Origin: Gottschalkia acidurici 9a
Lineage (GTDB): Bacteria > Bacillota > Clostridia > Tissierellales > Gottschalkiaceae
NCBI RefSeq assembly: GCF_000299355.1
Contig: NC_018664.1
Span: 1,440,380-1,472,379 of the forward strand
Reading direction: 5' to 3'
DNA length: 32,000 nucleotides
Below, piece by piece: positions 9,679 through 18,905 of the stretch (positions are counted from its first letter, which is position 1; each line of letters opens with the position of its first letter). The notes under the pieces are model-generated. The model was not told the DNA's origin, did not search any database, and saw only the letters and a list, made by a program, of their open reading frames with translations. The position numbers and the translations under genes are program-made.

Positions 9679-11319
9679 TTACCTTTTTTCATATTTAGCA
9701 CCAAACATAACTATATCTATATTTTCTCCATCCCATGTAATTCTGTCTACTAAATTTCTAATTAGACTTCTCTTTTCATCATCTTCGGCATCATCAATCG
9801 TATTCTTAAAAATATTTATCATACGGTTCATTATTTCAAAATTTTCTTCTAGAGAGTGCTTGTCATCAATGCTTTCCCTTAAATCTAATAACTTTTCTTT
9901 AAGATTAGCATTTTCACTTTCGAGTTTATTAATTTGATCTAATATGTGCTTAGCTGCAAGACTTCCTTCTCCTTGTGCTAGAGCATTGATTAAGTTAGCT
10001 ATAGACTTGTTGTTAGATTCAATGTTTTTTTTAAGTATATCAATTTCAGACTCTATATTACTTTGAGATGTTTCTACAGCTACTTTATCATCTTTAATTT
10101 TACTATGAAGTCTTGATTCTTGAGAGGATAATCTTTTAAGTTCTTCTATAACTAATTTATCTAATTTATCACCTCGAATATTCTTGATGTTACAGTTCTG
10201 CCCACGACTCTTTTCTTTTAACTCACATAGATAATAGTATGCTATAGATTTATCTTTGTTAACTCTAGTAGCACCTTTTCTCATGAAACTGCCACAGTTT
10301 TCACAAATCAGTATTCCACTTAATAAAGCATTTGTATTTATGTATCTCTTTCTTAATCCTTTGTCTCTATTCATTTCCATTATTTCATTAGCTTTAATCC
10401 ACATATCACTTGAGATAATACCTTCGTGATCCCCAACAGATATTATCCAGTCTGATTGGTCTCTATTTCTATCAGTAGTACCTTTTACTTGTGTAGTCTT
10501 ATTGTAAGCCATGACTCCATGCTCTCCATCAAAATCAGTTTCATCGGCAAATATTGCATGGCCATTGCCTATAAGATAATTGTAAAGCTTTTTATCTGCT
10601 GTAGCATATACTGGATTCTCTAAGATTATTTTTAAAGTATGTACATAGAAGTTAGCACCATTTTTTGATTTTATATTATTTCGTAGACAATAAGTTTCTA
10701 ATCCAGTAAGAGATTTGATCTCAATATACTTATTATATAACAATTTCACTAACTCAACTTCTTCTTGTACAGTTGATAATTTGTATGCTTTTCTTTGTTT
10801 TCCATTTTGATCCAACATTATAATTTCCTTAGAGATAAATCCGGTAGGAGTAATACCTCCTAGCCAGCGCCCAGTCTTAGCTAATTGTTGCAAGTTATCT
10901 CTTATTCTTTCCGCTATAGTTTCTCTCTCTAGTTGAGCAAATACACTAGCAATGTACATCATAGCTCTACCCATAGGGGTAGAGGTGTCAAACTGCTCTC
11001 TTATAGACACAAAAGAAACATTATAGTTTTGTAGCTCTTCTATAAGTACGGCAAAGTCTGCTATATTTCTGCTTATTCTATCTAACCTATAGCATATAAG
11101 TACGTCAAATTTCTTTTGCTTAGCATCCTTTAACATAAGTTGAAATTGAGGTCTATCAGTAGTCCCACCAGAAAAACCTTCATCTTCATATACTGTTATA
11201 TCGTCATTTGAAATATTAAAATGATTATATGCGTACTCTTTACACATTTGTACCTGATTCTCAATAGATTCACCTTTACCGGTAAATTTTGATTTACGTG
11301 AATAGATTACAGCTTTCAT
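9679..11319 (-). CDS. Large serine recombinase (skin excisionase/integrase, SpoIVCA/CisA functional class)
   Basis: MKAVIYSRKSKFTGKGESIENQ (catalytic Ser), YEDEGFSGGTTDRPQFQLML, RLDRISRN, FAQLERETIAERI, zinc-ribbon CENCG...C, C-terminal coiled coil; stop codon 60 bp from attL. Confidence 0.96.
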   Translation of the reverse strand: MKAVIYSRKSKFTGKGESIENQVQMCKEYAYNHFNISNDDITVYEDEGFSGGTTDRPQFQLMLKDAKQKKFDVLICYRLDRISRNIADFAVLIEELQNYNVSFVSIREQFDTSTPMGRAMMYIASVFAQLERETIAERIRDNLQQLAKTGRWLGGITPTGFISKEIIMLDQNGKQRKAYKLSTVQEEVELVKLLYNKYIEIKSLTGLETYCLRNNIKSKNGANFYVHTLKIILENPVYATADKKLYNYLIGNGHAIFADETDFDGEHGVMAYNKTTQVKGTTDRNRDQSDWIISVGDHEGIISSDMWIKANEIMEMNRDKGLRKRYINTNALLSGILICENCGSFMRKGATRVNKDKSIAYYYLCELKEKSRGQNCNIKNIRGDKLDKLVIEELKRLSSQESRLHSKIKDDKVAVETSQSNIESEIDILKKNIESNNKSIANLINALAQGEGSLAAKHILDQINKLESENANLKEKLLDLRESIDDKHSLEENFEIMNRMINIFKNTIDDAEDDEKRSLIRNLVDRITWDGENIDIVMFGAKYEKR

Positions 11320-11426
11320 TTTAAAACCCCTTTATGTTTATTATGTCAATTATATCAAATTTTGAAATAATAAAAAGCTAATAAGTTAATAATAGATTCA
11401 ATATTTATTATATTTATTTAAAAACA

Positions 11427-11463
11427 TAATAAGAGGCCGAATATAAAGTAGTCAGCCTCTTAT
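11427..11463 (-). terminator. Intrinsic terminator downstream of CotF-like gene
   Basis: 10-bp perfect arms AATAAGAGGC / GCCTCTTATT; T-rich continuation on the minus strand. Confidence 0.7.
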
Positions 11464-11478
11464 TGTGTAAAACTATAA

Positions 11479-11772
11479 CTATTTTATTGTATCTTGAGAT
11501 TCACTATAAGCATCTAGTAATTGTTGAGTAGGCGTATTATAAGGTTTTTCCCATCCTTTTTGAACAGATAGTTCTGTTACTGCAGTATGTCCGCCTAATA
11601 CTTGGTTTAAGCTTGCTAAATACATTGCTCTTAATTCTGGAGTAGTGGCAGCCATACTAGAAGTAAGATATGCTGTTGCACCAGCAGAAGCACTAGAAAT
11701 CATGCTGTTAGCTATAACTTCATCACTTATATTTGTAGTATCTTTTACTTTATTAGTAAGAAAAGAAGCCAT
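11479..11772 (-). CDS. CotF-family spore coat protein
   Basis: MASFLTNKVKDTTNISDEVIANSMISSASAGATAYLTSSMAATTPELRAMYLASLNQVLGGHTAVTELSVQKGWEKPYNTPTQQ matches the coat F pattern (DxVIAxDxL...TPELR...H..(x)6KGxYxxY). Start assigned to 11772 because AGGGAGG lies just upstream; the ORF-track start 11811 adds 13 residues. Confidence 0.8.
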   Translation of the reverse strand: MASFLTNKVKDTTNISDEVIANSMISSASAGATAYLTSSMAATTPELRAMYLASLNQVLGGHTAVTELSVQKGWEKPYNTPTQQLLDAYSESQDTIK

Positions 11773-11773
11773 A

Positions 11774-11992
11774 TTATTGTACCTCCCTTGTTGGTGTAAC
11801 TTGATTTTCATTAATAAACTGTTGAATTCCTTTTATTCTTCCCTCTGTTGCTAGAATACCAGCTTCAGCTTGTCTTTTTAAATCTTCATCTGTAATTAGT
11901 GTCTGCATAGCTTTAGAAACTATTAGACCATCTTTCTCCATCTTTAATAAGCCTGTTAGTGATAATAATTCACTTTCCGTAAGTTTTCTCAT
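11774..11992 (-). CDS. Small protein upstream of and coupled to CotF-like gene; probable spore coat-associated protein
   Basis: MRKLTESELLSLTGLLKMEKDGLIVSKAMQTL...; stop lies inside the RBS/start region of the CotF-like gene, implying translational coupling. Confidence 0.6.
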   Translation of the reverse strand: MRKLTESELLSLTGLLKMEKDGLIVSKAMQTLITDEDLKRQAEAGILATEGRIKGIQQFINENQVTPTREVQ

Positions 11993-12270
11993 CTTTTAAC
12001 CTCCAACTTGAAAATTAATTTTGATAACATCAATAGTATGTCAATTTTAGGACATAACATTCCAGGAACTAAATACCAAAAAAAGAATCAATCAAGCAGG
12101 ATTTATATAGATATGAAATAATTGAAACAGAAGAATAACTTTTTATATACAGAAGTTTAAAAAGTCTGTAAGTAACTAGTAAGTTGGAAAGTTAGTGAGT
12201 TTATAGAGATAAAAAAATTATAACTCCTGAAATATTTGAAGAATTAAAAGGATGGAGGGATTAAAGGGAA

Positions 12271-12310
12271 GCACAGTTGGTTCCCAAATTGGATAGTATG
12301 AACCAACTGC
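12271..12310 (-). terminator. Hairpin downstream of KTSC gene, possible terminator
   Basis: CAGTTGGTTC ... GAACCAACTG arms; weak T tract. Confidence 0.5.
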
Positions 12311-12331
12311 AATTTAGAAATAGCAGATTAT

Positions 12332-12535
12332 CTAACTCATTTTTATACAAGGATAAGAGCCTTTTATATTATCACGATGATACTTACCTTTAGAAGAGGC
12401 AGTTAGTAACCCTTCGTATATATGTTGCGGAATTTCACTATAAGCATATGTGCCGCTATGAAATTCAATTAATAAGTTTTTAGATGAAGGATCATAACTA
12501 ATAGTTTTCAAGTTACTTGAAGATACAGGTATCAT
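12332..12535 (-). CDS. KTSC domain-containing protein
   Basis: VSSSNLKTISYDPSSKNLLIEFHSGTYAYSEIPQHIYEGLLTASSKGKYHRDNIKGSYP matches the KTSC domain pattern; upstream GGAGGTG. Confidence 0.85.
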   Translation of the reverse strand: MIPVSSSNLKTISYDPSSKNLLIEFHSGTYAYSEIPQHIYEGLLTASSKGKYHRDNIKGSYPCIKMS

Positions 12536-12793
12536 TTAAATACATTCACCTCCTATAAGCAAATATTATTATATGAAAAGAAGTGGATAATTAAACAAGA
12601 AGATACTGGTTAACATAAAAAGTGAAAATTGACAAGAAGCATTAGAGAGTAATATCAGTAATAATATGGGCTATAATTAGCACTAATAAAATCACTAGAT
12701 GATAAAACAATTAGATTAATGACAAAGTTAAAGTTAATAGGACAAAACATATAAGGCATATATATAAACACTAGCAATAAGGAGTTGAGTGTT

Positions 12794-13000
12794 TTGAATA
12801 TCAGAGTACACTTTCCTACGACGGAGGAAGGAATGGAGGAATTACAAGAGAGGATAGATGAAGCACATGCACATTTAATTATGAATCGTATAAATAACCT
12901 TAACTGGAGTTATGAGGACAAAATTGCTTTAGTTAAGCAAATAAGAGGAGAGCTAAAAAGAAGAGGTGAGCAGAAAGTGTCCTTGGAGGCACCTAGTTAG
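12794..13000 (+). CDS. Small charged protein, candidate recombination directionality factor or phage-type accessory protein
   Basis: MNIRVHFPTTEEGMEELQERIDEAHAHLIMNRINNLNWSYEDKIALVKQIRGELKRRGEQ; AAGGAG 9 nt upstream of the TTG at 12794 (ORF track starts at TTG 12785). Confidence 0.65.
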   Translation: MNIRVHFPTTEEGMEELQERIDEAHAHLIMNRINNLNWSYEDKIALVKQIRGELKRRGEQKVSLEAPS

Positions 13001-13054
13001 TAAAGAAAAGGAGAGTTCATATATAAATTTAAGAATATCTTGCAAAGCGAGTGA

Positions 13055-13080
13055 ATTATTAACTTCATGAAGTTAATAAT
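13055..13080. repeat. 26-bp perfect palindrome ATTATTAACTTCATGAAGTTAATAAT
   Basis: Read directly; each base pairs symmetrically around CATG-centre (TTCATGAA). Confidence 0.9.
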
Positions 13081-13513
13081 AAATGAACTTGGATAGAAAT
13101 TGATATTAACTATATTTATTAAGAAAGATGGTGAATGAGAATGAATTTAAATTACGTAAACACCACGTGAAATATTAGGTTTAAGTAGAAATGACGTAGT
13201 GGGATCACTAGTTGATAGAAAAATAGATATAAATTAAGAGGTCTAACATGCTCTGAAAGAGGAGCAAGGAATCCATCGCCAGATATTATTGTAGAACTTT
13301 TTTAAATATAGAAAGAACCATTTTAAACTTAAAGAGATTTCAGATATAAATGAAGAATAGGACAAGCATATAGTTATGAAATACTAGATAACATAGATTG
13401 AATAATTTAAGGAACATAGTACTGAAGCTACTACAAGAACATAGAGAATTATATGACGTATTAAGTAAATTACTTACCATAATTACTAATATGAAAGCAT
13501 TCCTAAACTAGTA

Positions 13514-13885
13514 ATGATTGATAAGAGACTTAGTATAGAAATTAAGGCTATATATGTCTACATGGCAAGCTATGCAGGAGCAGAAGACACAGCTTTTCCT
13601 GGAGTTGAATTAATGATAGAGCATTTACGTATAAGCGAAAAAAGATTTTATAAATATAGAAAGGAGTTAGTAGATCAAGACTATGTTTCAATAACTAAAA
13701 CTAGGAAAGAGAATAACATCTATACACTAAATCAAATAATAAAATCTCAACACAGTCAATTTGAATGCGTTCAAAGTGTTGCTACTAATAATAGTAGTAT
13801 TAAAAAACAACACAATAAAAAAATAGAAAAAGTCATGTGTGTGTTAGATAAAAAATTGTTTTTGATAAGGCTAGAAAGATACTAA
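13514..13885 (+). pseudogene. Phage/plasmid-type replication or helix-turn-helix protein N-terminal domain, likely truncated
   Basis: LSIEIKAIYVYMASYAGAEDTAFPGVELMIEHLRISEKRFYKYRKELVDQDYVSITKT resembles the N-terminal wHTH of phage replication proteins; the C-terminus runs into unrelated sequence and surrounding DNA is full of frame-disrupted coding remnants. Confidence 0.6.
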
Positions 13886-14125
13886 AAGTATCTAATGAAG
13901 ACATTGACATTGTAAAAGAGAAATATGAAATTACTAAGATATCTGGGTATAAAATCTAATGATATTCAAGATAAAAGCAATATAAGAGAATAGGTAGATG
14001 CCTATTTCACAGTTTTAAGCAAAGGATAAGTAAATATAGTCTAGAATAATTGGAAAAGACGATACTTGAAAGAAGACAGGAAAGTAATTTAAAAGACTTA
14101 GACTATGTTAGAATAATTCCTTAGT

Positions 14126-14155
14126 AAAAAAAGTAAGTGGACAAACTCCACTTAC
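14126..14155 (-). terminator. Intrinsic terminator of the DUF1259 gene
   Basis: GTAAGTGG / CCACTTAC hairpin followed on the minus strand by TTTTTTT. Confidence 0.85.
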
Positions 14156-14203
14156 CCCAAGTTTAAAAATAAAATAAGGTGCGATTGTTAATATTAGTTT
14201 AAT

Positions 14204-14695
14204 TTAATATATCATATAGTCATCATCATTATAGTCATAAGACCTATCATAATCTTTATGGTTATCACTATGCTTACGACGATCACAATCTTCCAAGATT
14301 TCAAAAGCTCTAGCTACTTTATTTGCAAAATCTATAGGATCATCTATAGAAAAAAAGTGAATATAAAATAATCTTGGCTTGTCAAATAGCCAGTGATTAT
14401 GAAGAGCTGTAACTTCAATGCCTTCTCTACGAAGTTCACTAATAAATGGATTAATTTCTTCTTGCAATATAACAGTTTCTCCTAAGTTTAGAGTTTTACC
14501 TTTACAATCCATTGATTCAAATGAAAAAAGAGCGTTAAGAACAAGTGGACTTTCAGTTCGTATTCCTTCAATGGTTGCTTTAATATTTCTCATACGCGTT
14601 ACTGCACATAGACCATCAGTGGATGTTAAAATCTCACTTTCAAGAATACGTGCGAATCTTCTACACAAGTTAGATGAACTATTATTTGAACTCAT
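14204..14695 (-). CDS. DUF1259 (LpqO-like) domain protein
   Basis: GLCAVTRMRNIKATIEGI, GKTLNLGETVILQEEINPFISELRREGIEVTALHNHWLFDKPRLFYIHFFSIDDPIDFANKVARAFE is the DUF1259 signature (GE..LLEDEVNPVM..L...GIEVTALHNH). Confidence 0.85.
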   Translation of the reverse strand: MSSNNSSSNLCRRFARILESEILTSTDGLCAVTRMRNIKATIEGIRTESPLVLNALFSFESMDCKGKTLNLGETVILQEEINPFISELRREGIEVTALHNHWLFDKPRLFYIHFFSIDDPIDFANKVARAFEILEDCDRRKHSDNHKDYDRSYDYNDDDYMIY

Positions 14696-14975
14696 TATTA
14701 TTTCTCCCCCTCAATAATATAGTATGTCCAAGGCTTAAAATTGTTACTAAAAATTATAAGGAGGTGAATATTTTAATAGATTATATGAGTTATTAGAGGT
14801 GTACTTTAATAGCTAGTGGTGTCTTGTAAAAGCTAAGTATCATAATAAGTGTCCGTGATATAGGATTAGATATTTTATTCTTGGTTCAATCATGGTCTCA
14901 TAAGAGAAAAATAATGGCAGTGCTAGATCATATACTCTCAGATCAGATTCACTTCAGTCTTATTCATCATTTAGA

Positions 14976-15455
14976 TCACCAGTAGCATGCAATATTTGGA
15001 CTTTCTAAATATAAACATTTGTATAGTACCTGAGGTAGAATTCTCATAGATATATATTTACTTCTGTCTTTTTTTATATCTTTGTTTTCATAAGCAGCAA
15101 TAAAATTCCATCCACGATCGTTAACTGCTGTTATACGTACAGTTCCTTGTATCATATAAGCCCACTCTGATTGCTGATGCCAATGAACCTCACGTATGCC
15201 ACCAGGTGTCAATCGCTTCCATTGTGGTTGCTACTGGAAGTTCCCTAGCAGTAATCTCACGAGACTGTCCACTTCGTCTTAATACCATAGTAGTATCAGA
15301 AAAAGAAAATTTCAAGTTGGGAATCACACCAGTATCTGTAGCATGTGAGACAAGCATGTTATGATTTCGAAGATCCCGAAGGATATTACGTGGGTCTGCA
15401 TCGGTTGCACCATCTCCATTTTTTATAGGATGTGGTATATATCCAGTAAGTTAGT
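14976..15455 (-). pseudogene. oxdC: Oxalate decarboxylase-like bicupin, decayed (frameshifted N-terminal cupin only)
   Basis: Minus strand: [65 protein letters not shown] (frame 1) then [39 protein letters not shown] (frame 2), both diagnostic of OxdC/YoaN; C-terminal cupin missing. Confidence 0.88.
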
Positions 15456-15555
15456 TACTATTACTCTAATATCTTATTAAGTAAGGATAATATGATTAAC
15501 ACAAATAGCTTGGATAGCATGGATCAATATAAACTAATGAGATGCTCACAGTTAC

Positions 15556-15760
15556 TTTACATTTAGAGAGTACTGTGCAGAATAAATTTAAGGCTCATTA
15601 ACGGACATATTATTTAAGTTGCAATTTAATAAATAGAAATGTTTTTGAAAATTAAATAATACGGTGTTCAAAGGTTGATGAAATTTATGTCGAACCATAA
15701 AATATATGTTACATATGGTATAGTATTAGTATACGTTAAGTTGTAGTAATTAGATATTGT
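15556..15760 (+). repeat. Diverged dispersed repeat copy A
   Basis: Shares TTTACATTTAGA(G/A)AGTACT and GAAAAT..AATAAT..GGTGTT.AAA.GTT and (T)AGATATT(G/A)TGT blocks, in the same order, with 16672..16880. Confidence 0.65.
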
Positions 15761-15792
15761 GTCATAGTTCATTTACAAAGGAGAAGGACATA

Positions 15793-16044
15793 ATGAAAAA
15801 AGATATAAATATAAAAAAATTATATTTATTCACATTTCTATCTTTCATTTTAATCTTATTATTTCTTTATTTATTTTCACAGAAAGCTCCATACTTTTAT
15901 ACGGGATTCGATTACCATACAATACCAAATAGATTAAGCAAACTTGCAAACTTCACATTTATAATTTTAATTCTGATTAACTTTATATGTGTATTATTAT
16001 CTATTTTTTATTCAATAAAGATAATATTTAATAAAATTAAGTAA
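15793..16044 (+). CDS. Small two-TM membrane protein, unknown function
   Basis: MKKDINIKKLYLFTFLSFILILLFLYLFSQK...FTFIILILINFICVLLSIFYSIKIIF; GGAGAAGG RBS before ATG 15793. Confidence 0.6.
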   Translation: MKKDINIKKLYLFTFLSFILILLFLYLFSQKAPYFYTGFDYHTIPNRLSKLANFTFIILILINFICVLLSIFYSIKIIFNKIK

Positions 16045-16151
16045 CAGTCTGACTTAGTTTGTTCTACACTAACTGAGTCACAAAATTATTGTTTTATAAC
16101 ATAACTGTTAAAGAATATGCAATAATACGATAGATAATAAGAGGTGAATTT

Positions 16152-16349
16152 ATGGATAAAAGAGATAAACAAGGTAAACACATGATAGGGAAATGTAAAA
16201 AAAATTCTATGATTAATTTGTCAGAGTCAATAAATCGTTCAACAATAGGTGATTTAGGTGAGTTAACAAGATTGGGATGGATCTCCAATATTATCATTAT
16301 AGTTATTATTATTGGAATATTATTTTTTCTCTCCAAATGCTCTAATTAA
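16152..16349 (+). CDS. Small single-TM protein, unknown function
   Basis: MDKRDKQGKHMIGKCKKNSMINLSESINRSTIGDLGELTRLGWISNIIIIVIIIGILFFLSKCSN; GAGGTG RBS. Confidence 0.55.
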   Translation: MDKRDKQGKHMIGKCKKNSMINLSESINRSTIGDLGELTRLGWISNIIIIVIIIGILFFLSKCSN

Positions 16350-16440
16350 GTTAAATCATAATCATATTAGAGTATTATGATGTAAAAACATATCAGTAAA
16401 CACGCTTGATCTATAATATTTATAACTTGAGGGTTACTTA

Positions 16441-16500
16441 TATTATTCAAAGTTGAATTTTACGGTATTATTATATTTAAATTCAAGTAAAAAGATAAGT
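16441..16500 (+). repeat. Diverged dispersed repeat fragment
   Basis: TATTATTCAAAGTTGAATTTTACGGTATTATTAT matches TATTATTCAAAACTGAATTTTACGATGTTCTTAT at ~18748. Confidence 0.55.
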
Positions 16501-16547
16501 TTAAAGTCAGCAAGATTAGAAAGGAGCTTATGAAATAGAGGTGACAT

Positions 16548-16649
16548 ATGGAAGATAAGAAAGAAAAACTAAAAGAACAAATGAAGGAATATATAGATAA
16601 TTTACTTAGATTAGCAGAAGATGAAGGACGCTGGACTATTTTGAAATAG
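16548..16649 (+). CDS. Putative 33-aa peptide
   Basis: MEDKKEKLKEQMKEYIDNLLRLAEDEGRWTILK; upstream GAGGTGAC RBS-like sequence. Not in the ORF track because of length. Confidence 0.4.
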   Translation: MEDKKEKLKEQMKEYIDNLLRLAEDEGRWTILK

Positions 16650-16671
16650 AAGTAAAAAACAATAAAGGTCA

Positions 16672-16880
16672 TTTACATTTAGAAAGTACTATACAGAATA
16701 GGTCTAGAGTTTATTAATAGATAAACTGTTTAAATTACAGCTAAACTCATATAAAAGTTCTTCGAAAATCGAATAATGTGGTGTTTAAAAGTTAACGTGC
16801 TTTTACCTAGCTATAAGATATGTGGAAAATATGGTATAATTTTGATAGTAATTAATTCATAATCGTTAGATATTATGTAC
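16672..16880 (+). repeat. Diverged dispersed repeat copy B
   Basis: See 15556..15760. Confidence 0.65.
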
Positions 16881-16917
16881 AAGCAGTAAGTAAGTCTATA
16901 GGAGGAATTAGTCATTG

Positions 16918-17247
16918 TATAAGGAAAAAACGAAAATCATCAAACTCATTTTAGAAAAAGATTTAGAGTCTTTATATGTGGGAGTATGATCTCAGCTACC
17001 CTTTTAGGGGTATATGGTCAGGATATTGCTTATTATATAAGTGACCATATAGAAAAATTATCTCCTGTGTATTGTAAGCAATAACACTGATAAGTATAGT
17101 ATTGTTTTTAACTACATCCATATTAATATATATACCCATAAAAAACAAAAACTGAAAAGATTTATTCCATATTTGATTATTAATAGTCTTATAGGTATGT
17201 TGATTTCTATGCTTTCATTATTAGTTATGATTATGTGGTGGGGATAA
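16918..17247 (+). pseudogene. Frame-disrupted small membrane protein remnant
   Basis: Hydrophobic fragments in different frames: GSMISATLLGVYGQDIAYYISDHIEKLSPVYCKQ*, FLTTSILIYIPIKNK and LKRFIPYLIINSLIGMLISMLSLLVMIMWWG*. Confidence 0.4.
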
Positions 17248-17316
17248 TGGTAATTACTTTATAATTTTTAGATATAATAAAAATGGGCAAACATTCATGA
17301 AACTGTAAAAGAAGAA

Positions 17317-17523
17317 ATGAATCAAACTATTTTTGTGAAAGATGGCAAGGTAATATGTCATCTACATGGGAATCCTGAAAATACTGGAATAGGGTTCAAC
17401 TTTGGTACATATCTGCTAAATTCAAAAGAAGGCAGATACATTAGTTTTATGTCAAAATCAAAGTTATCATTTAAAATTACGGTCTCAGAGAATGGTATAA
17501 GATATTTTGAATATGTTAAATAA
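17317..17523 (+). CDS. Small protein of unknown function
   Basis: MNQTIFVKDGKVICHLHGNPENTGIGFNFGTYLLNSKEGRYISFMSKSKLSFKITVSENGIRYFEYVK; compositionally protein-like, no recognised family. Confidence 0.4.
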   Translation: MNQTIFVKDGKVICHLHGNPENTGIGFNFGTYLLNSKEGRYISFMSKSKLSFKITVSENGIRYFEYVK

Positions 17524-18280
17524 ATTAATATTCTTCGCAATATTATTTTACGACACAATAGTTAGATAATGCTATATCTGTAATTATGATAGCAGGATAT
17601 GAAAAAAGTTATCTTACTTTTTCGTGATTATTTTTTGAATTGGTGTAAAATCACTTGTTATCTTTCTTTTACCAATACCGAATTCAAAAAGAAATGTATT
17701 TACAACTGACATAAAGATGGTGATAAATCTACCAGATGAAGCAGATTGTGAAGCGATTGTAAGAACTTATACAGCAAAATAATTTAATAAATTTAATATC
17801 CATCAACTCACTAAAATTAAAGATAAAGTAGGAGGAAACATAGAGGGTGATATTCTAGCACTATACTTAAAAGACGGAAAAGGGATTTTGAATTTTTTCT
17901 TTAAAAAAATAAAACTAATGTAAGTTTTGATGATGTTTCGGATGTTAAAATAACTGCTTTTTCTACAATGGGATTGGCCACAGTAGATGAACAGGAAAAG
18001 AGAGTAATCAACGGACAACTTAAATAAGATGAGAAAGGAATGTATTCTTATGAGATCCAACGTTACTATACTCAGTATGAAAAATGGTTTATGGAGTCCA
18101 TTCTTATAGAAGTAAAGTATCAAATTGATGGAAATGGATATGTATCAGTATTTGCAGTAACTACAACAAATGCAGAAGATGGTTCCAATTTCTTTGAAAA
18201 CGAAACATTAAATAATCCTATTGAACCTGAAGAATAAAATCAGTAAAGTTACAGATATTTAATTTTAAAGGTCAGTATCT

Positions 18281-18730
18281 ATGTTGAGACTTTTTCTATT
18301 CAAAATAAATAGGAGGTGTAGAGAATTGAGTAAGCATAAGGCAGATTTGGATTTAAGATCAAGTATGATTTTAGCTCTTATACTATTAGCTTTATCACTA
18401 ATTGTAAGTCAGATTTCTGATGAAAAGATTAAAATGAATATAATAATTATTTTATTTAGCATTATGACTATTGCACTACTATATAGAAGTTATAAAGACT
18501 TTAAAGATAAGACTTACTCTACTACTATATTTATAGCATTAACTAACATAGCAATAATCATTTTAGGTATATTATATATGTTTGTATTTTTAAGATACTA
18601 TCAAGTTACAGACATTAACCTTATAATAAAGATGAGAAAAACTGAACGTATACTTAGTGTATTTATATTTGCTATGATATTTTTAAAAAACTTTTTAAGA
18701 AGCGAAAGATTTGTAAATAGAGATAAATAG
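18281..18730 (+). CDS. Membrane protein of unknown function (several TM helices)
   Basis: ...LRSSMILALILLALSLIVSQISDE...IIIILFSIMTIALLYRSYKDFKD...TIFIALTNIAIIILGILYMFVFLRYY...; likely true start at TTG ~18326 after AGGAGG. Confidence 0.6.
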   Translation: MLRLFLFKINRRCRELSKHKADLDLRSSMILALILLALSLIVSQISDEKIKMNIIIILFSIMTIALLYRSYKDFKDKTYSTTIFIALTNIAIIILGILYMFVFLRYYQVTDINLIIKMRKTERILSVFIFAMIFLKNFLRSERFVNRDK

Positions 18731-18731
18731 T

Positions 18732-18880
18732 ATTTAAAACACCGTATTATTCAAAACTGAATTTTACGATGTTCTTATGTTAAAATTCAAATGAAAATTA
18801 ATGAAAACATAGGTATGAAGTTAAAAAATTGATAAGAAGGATATACAGAATAGATTTAAGGCTCATTAATAAATTAATTA
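18732..18880 (+). repeat. Diverged dispersed repeat copy C with partly inverted block
   Basis: ACAGAATAGATTTAAGGCTCATTAA matches 15576..15600 (GCAGAATAAATTTAAGGCTCATTAA); AACACCGTATTATT (18739..18752) is the exact reverse complement of AATAATACGGTGTT (15655..15668). Confidence 0.65.
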
Positions 18881-18905
18881 ATTTTAAAAATTTTAATAAA
18901 TAAGA

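Noticed and set aside
9679-11319. Diversity-generating retroelement or group II intron
   Set aside because: No reverse transcriptase in the window; the only mobility enzyme is a serine recombinase.
11645-11854. Plus-strand 69-aa ORF
   Set aside because: Antisense to the CotF-like gene, no RBS.
14418-14717. Plus-strand 99-aa ORF
   Set aside because: Shadow of the DUF1259 gene; the minus-strand product is the recognisable one.
16094-16336. Minus-strand 80-aa ORF
   Set aside because: Antisense to the better supported 16152..16349 ORF with RBS and TM segment; low confidence either way.
15556-18880. CRISPR array
   Set aside because: Repeats are long, diverged and irregularly spaced with genes between; no short identical repeats or spacers and no cas genes.
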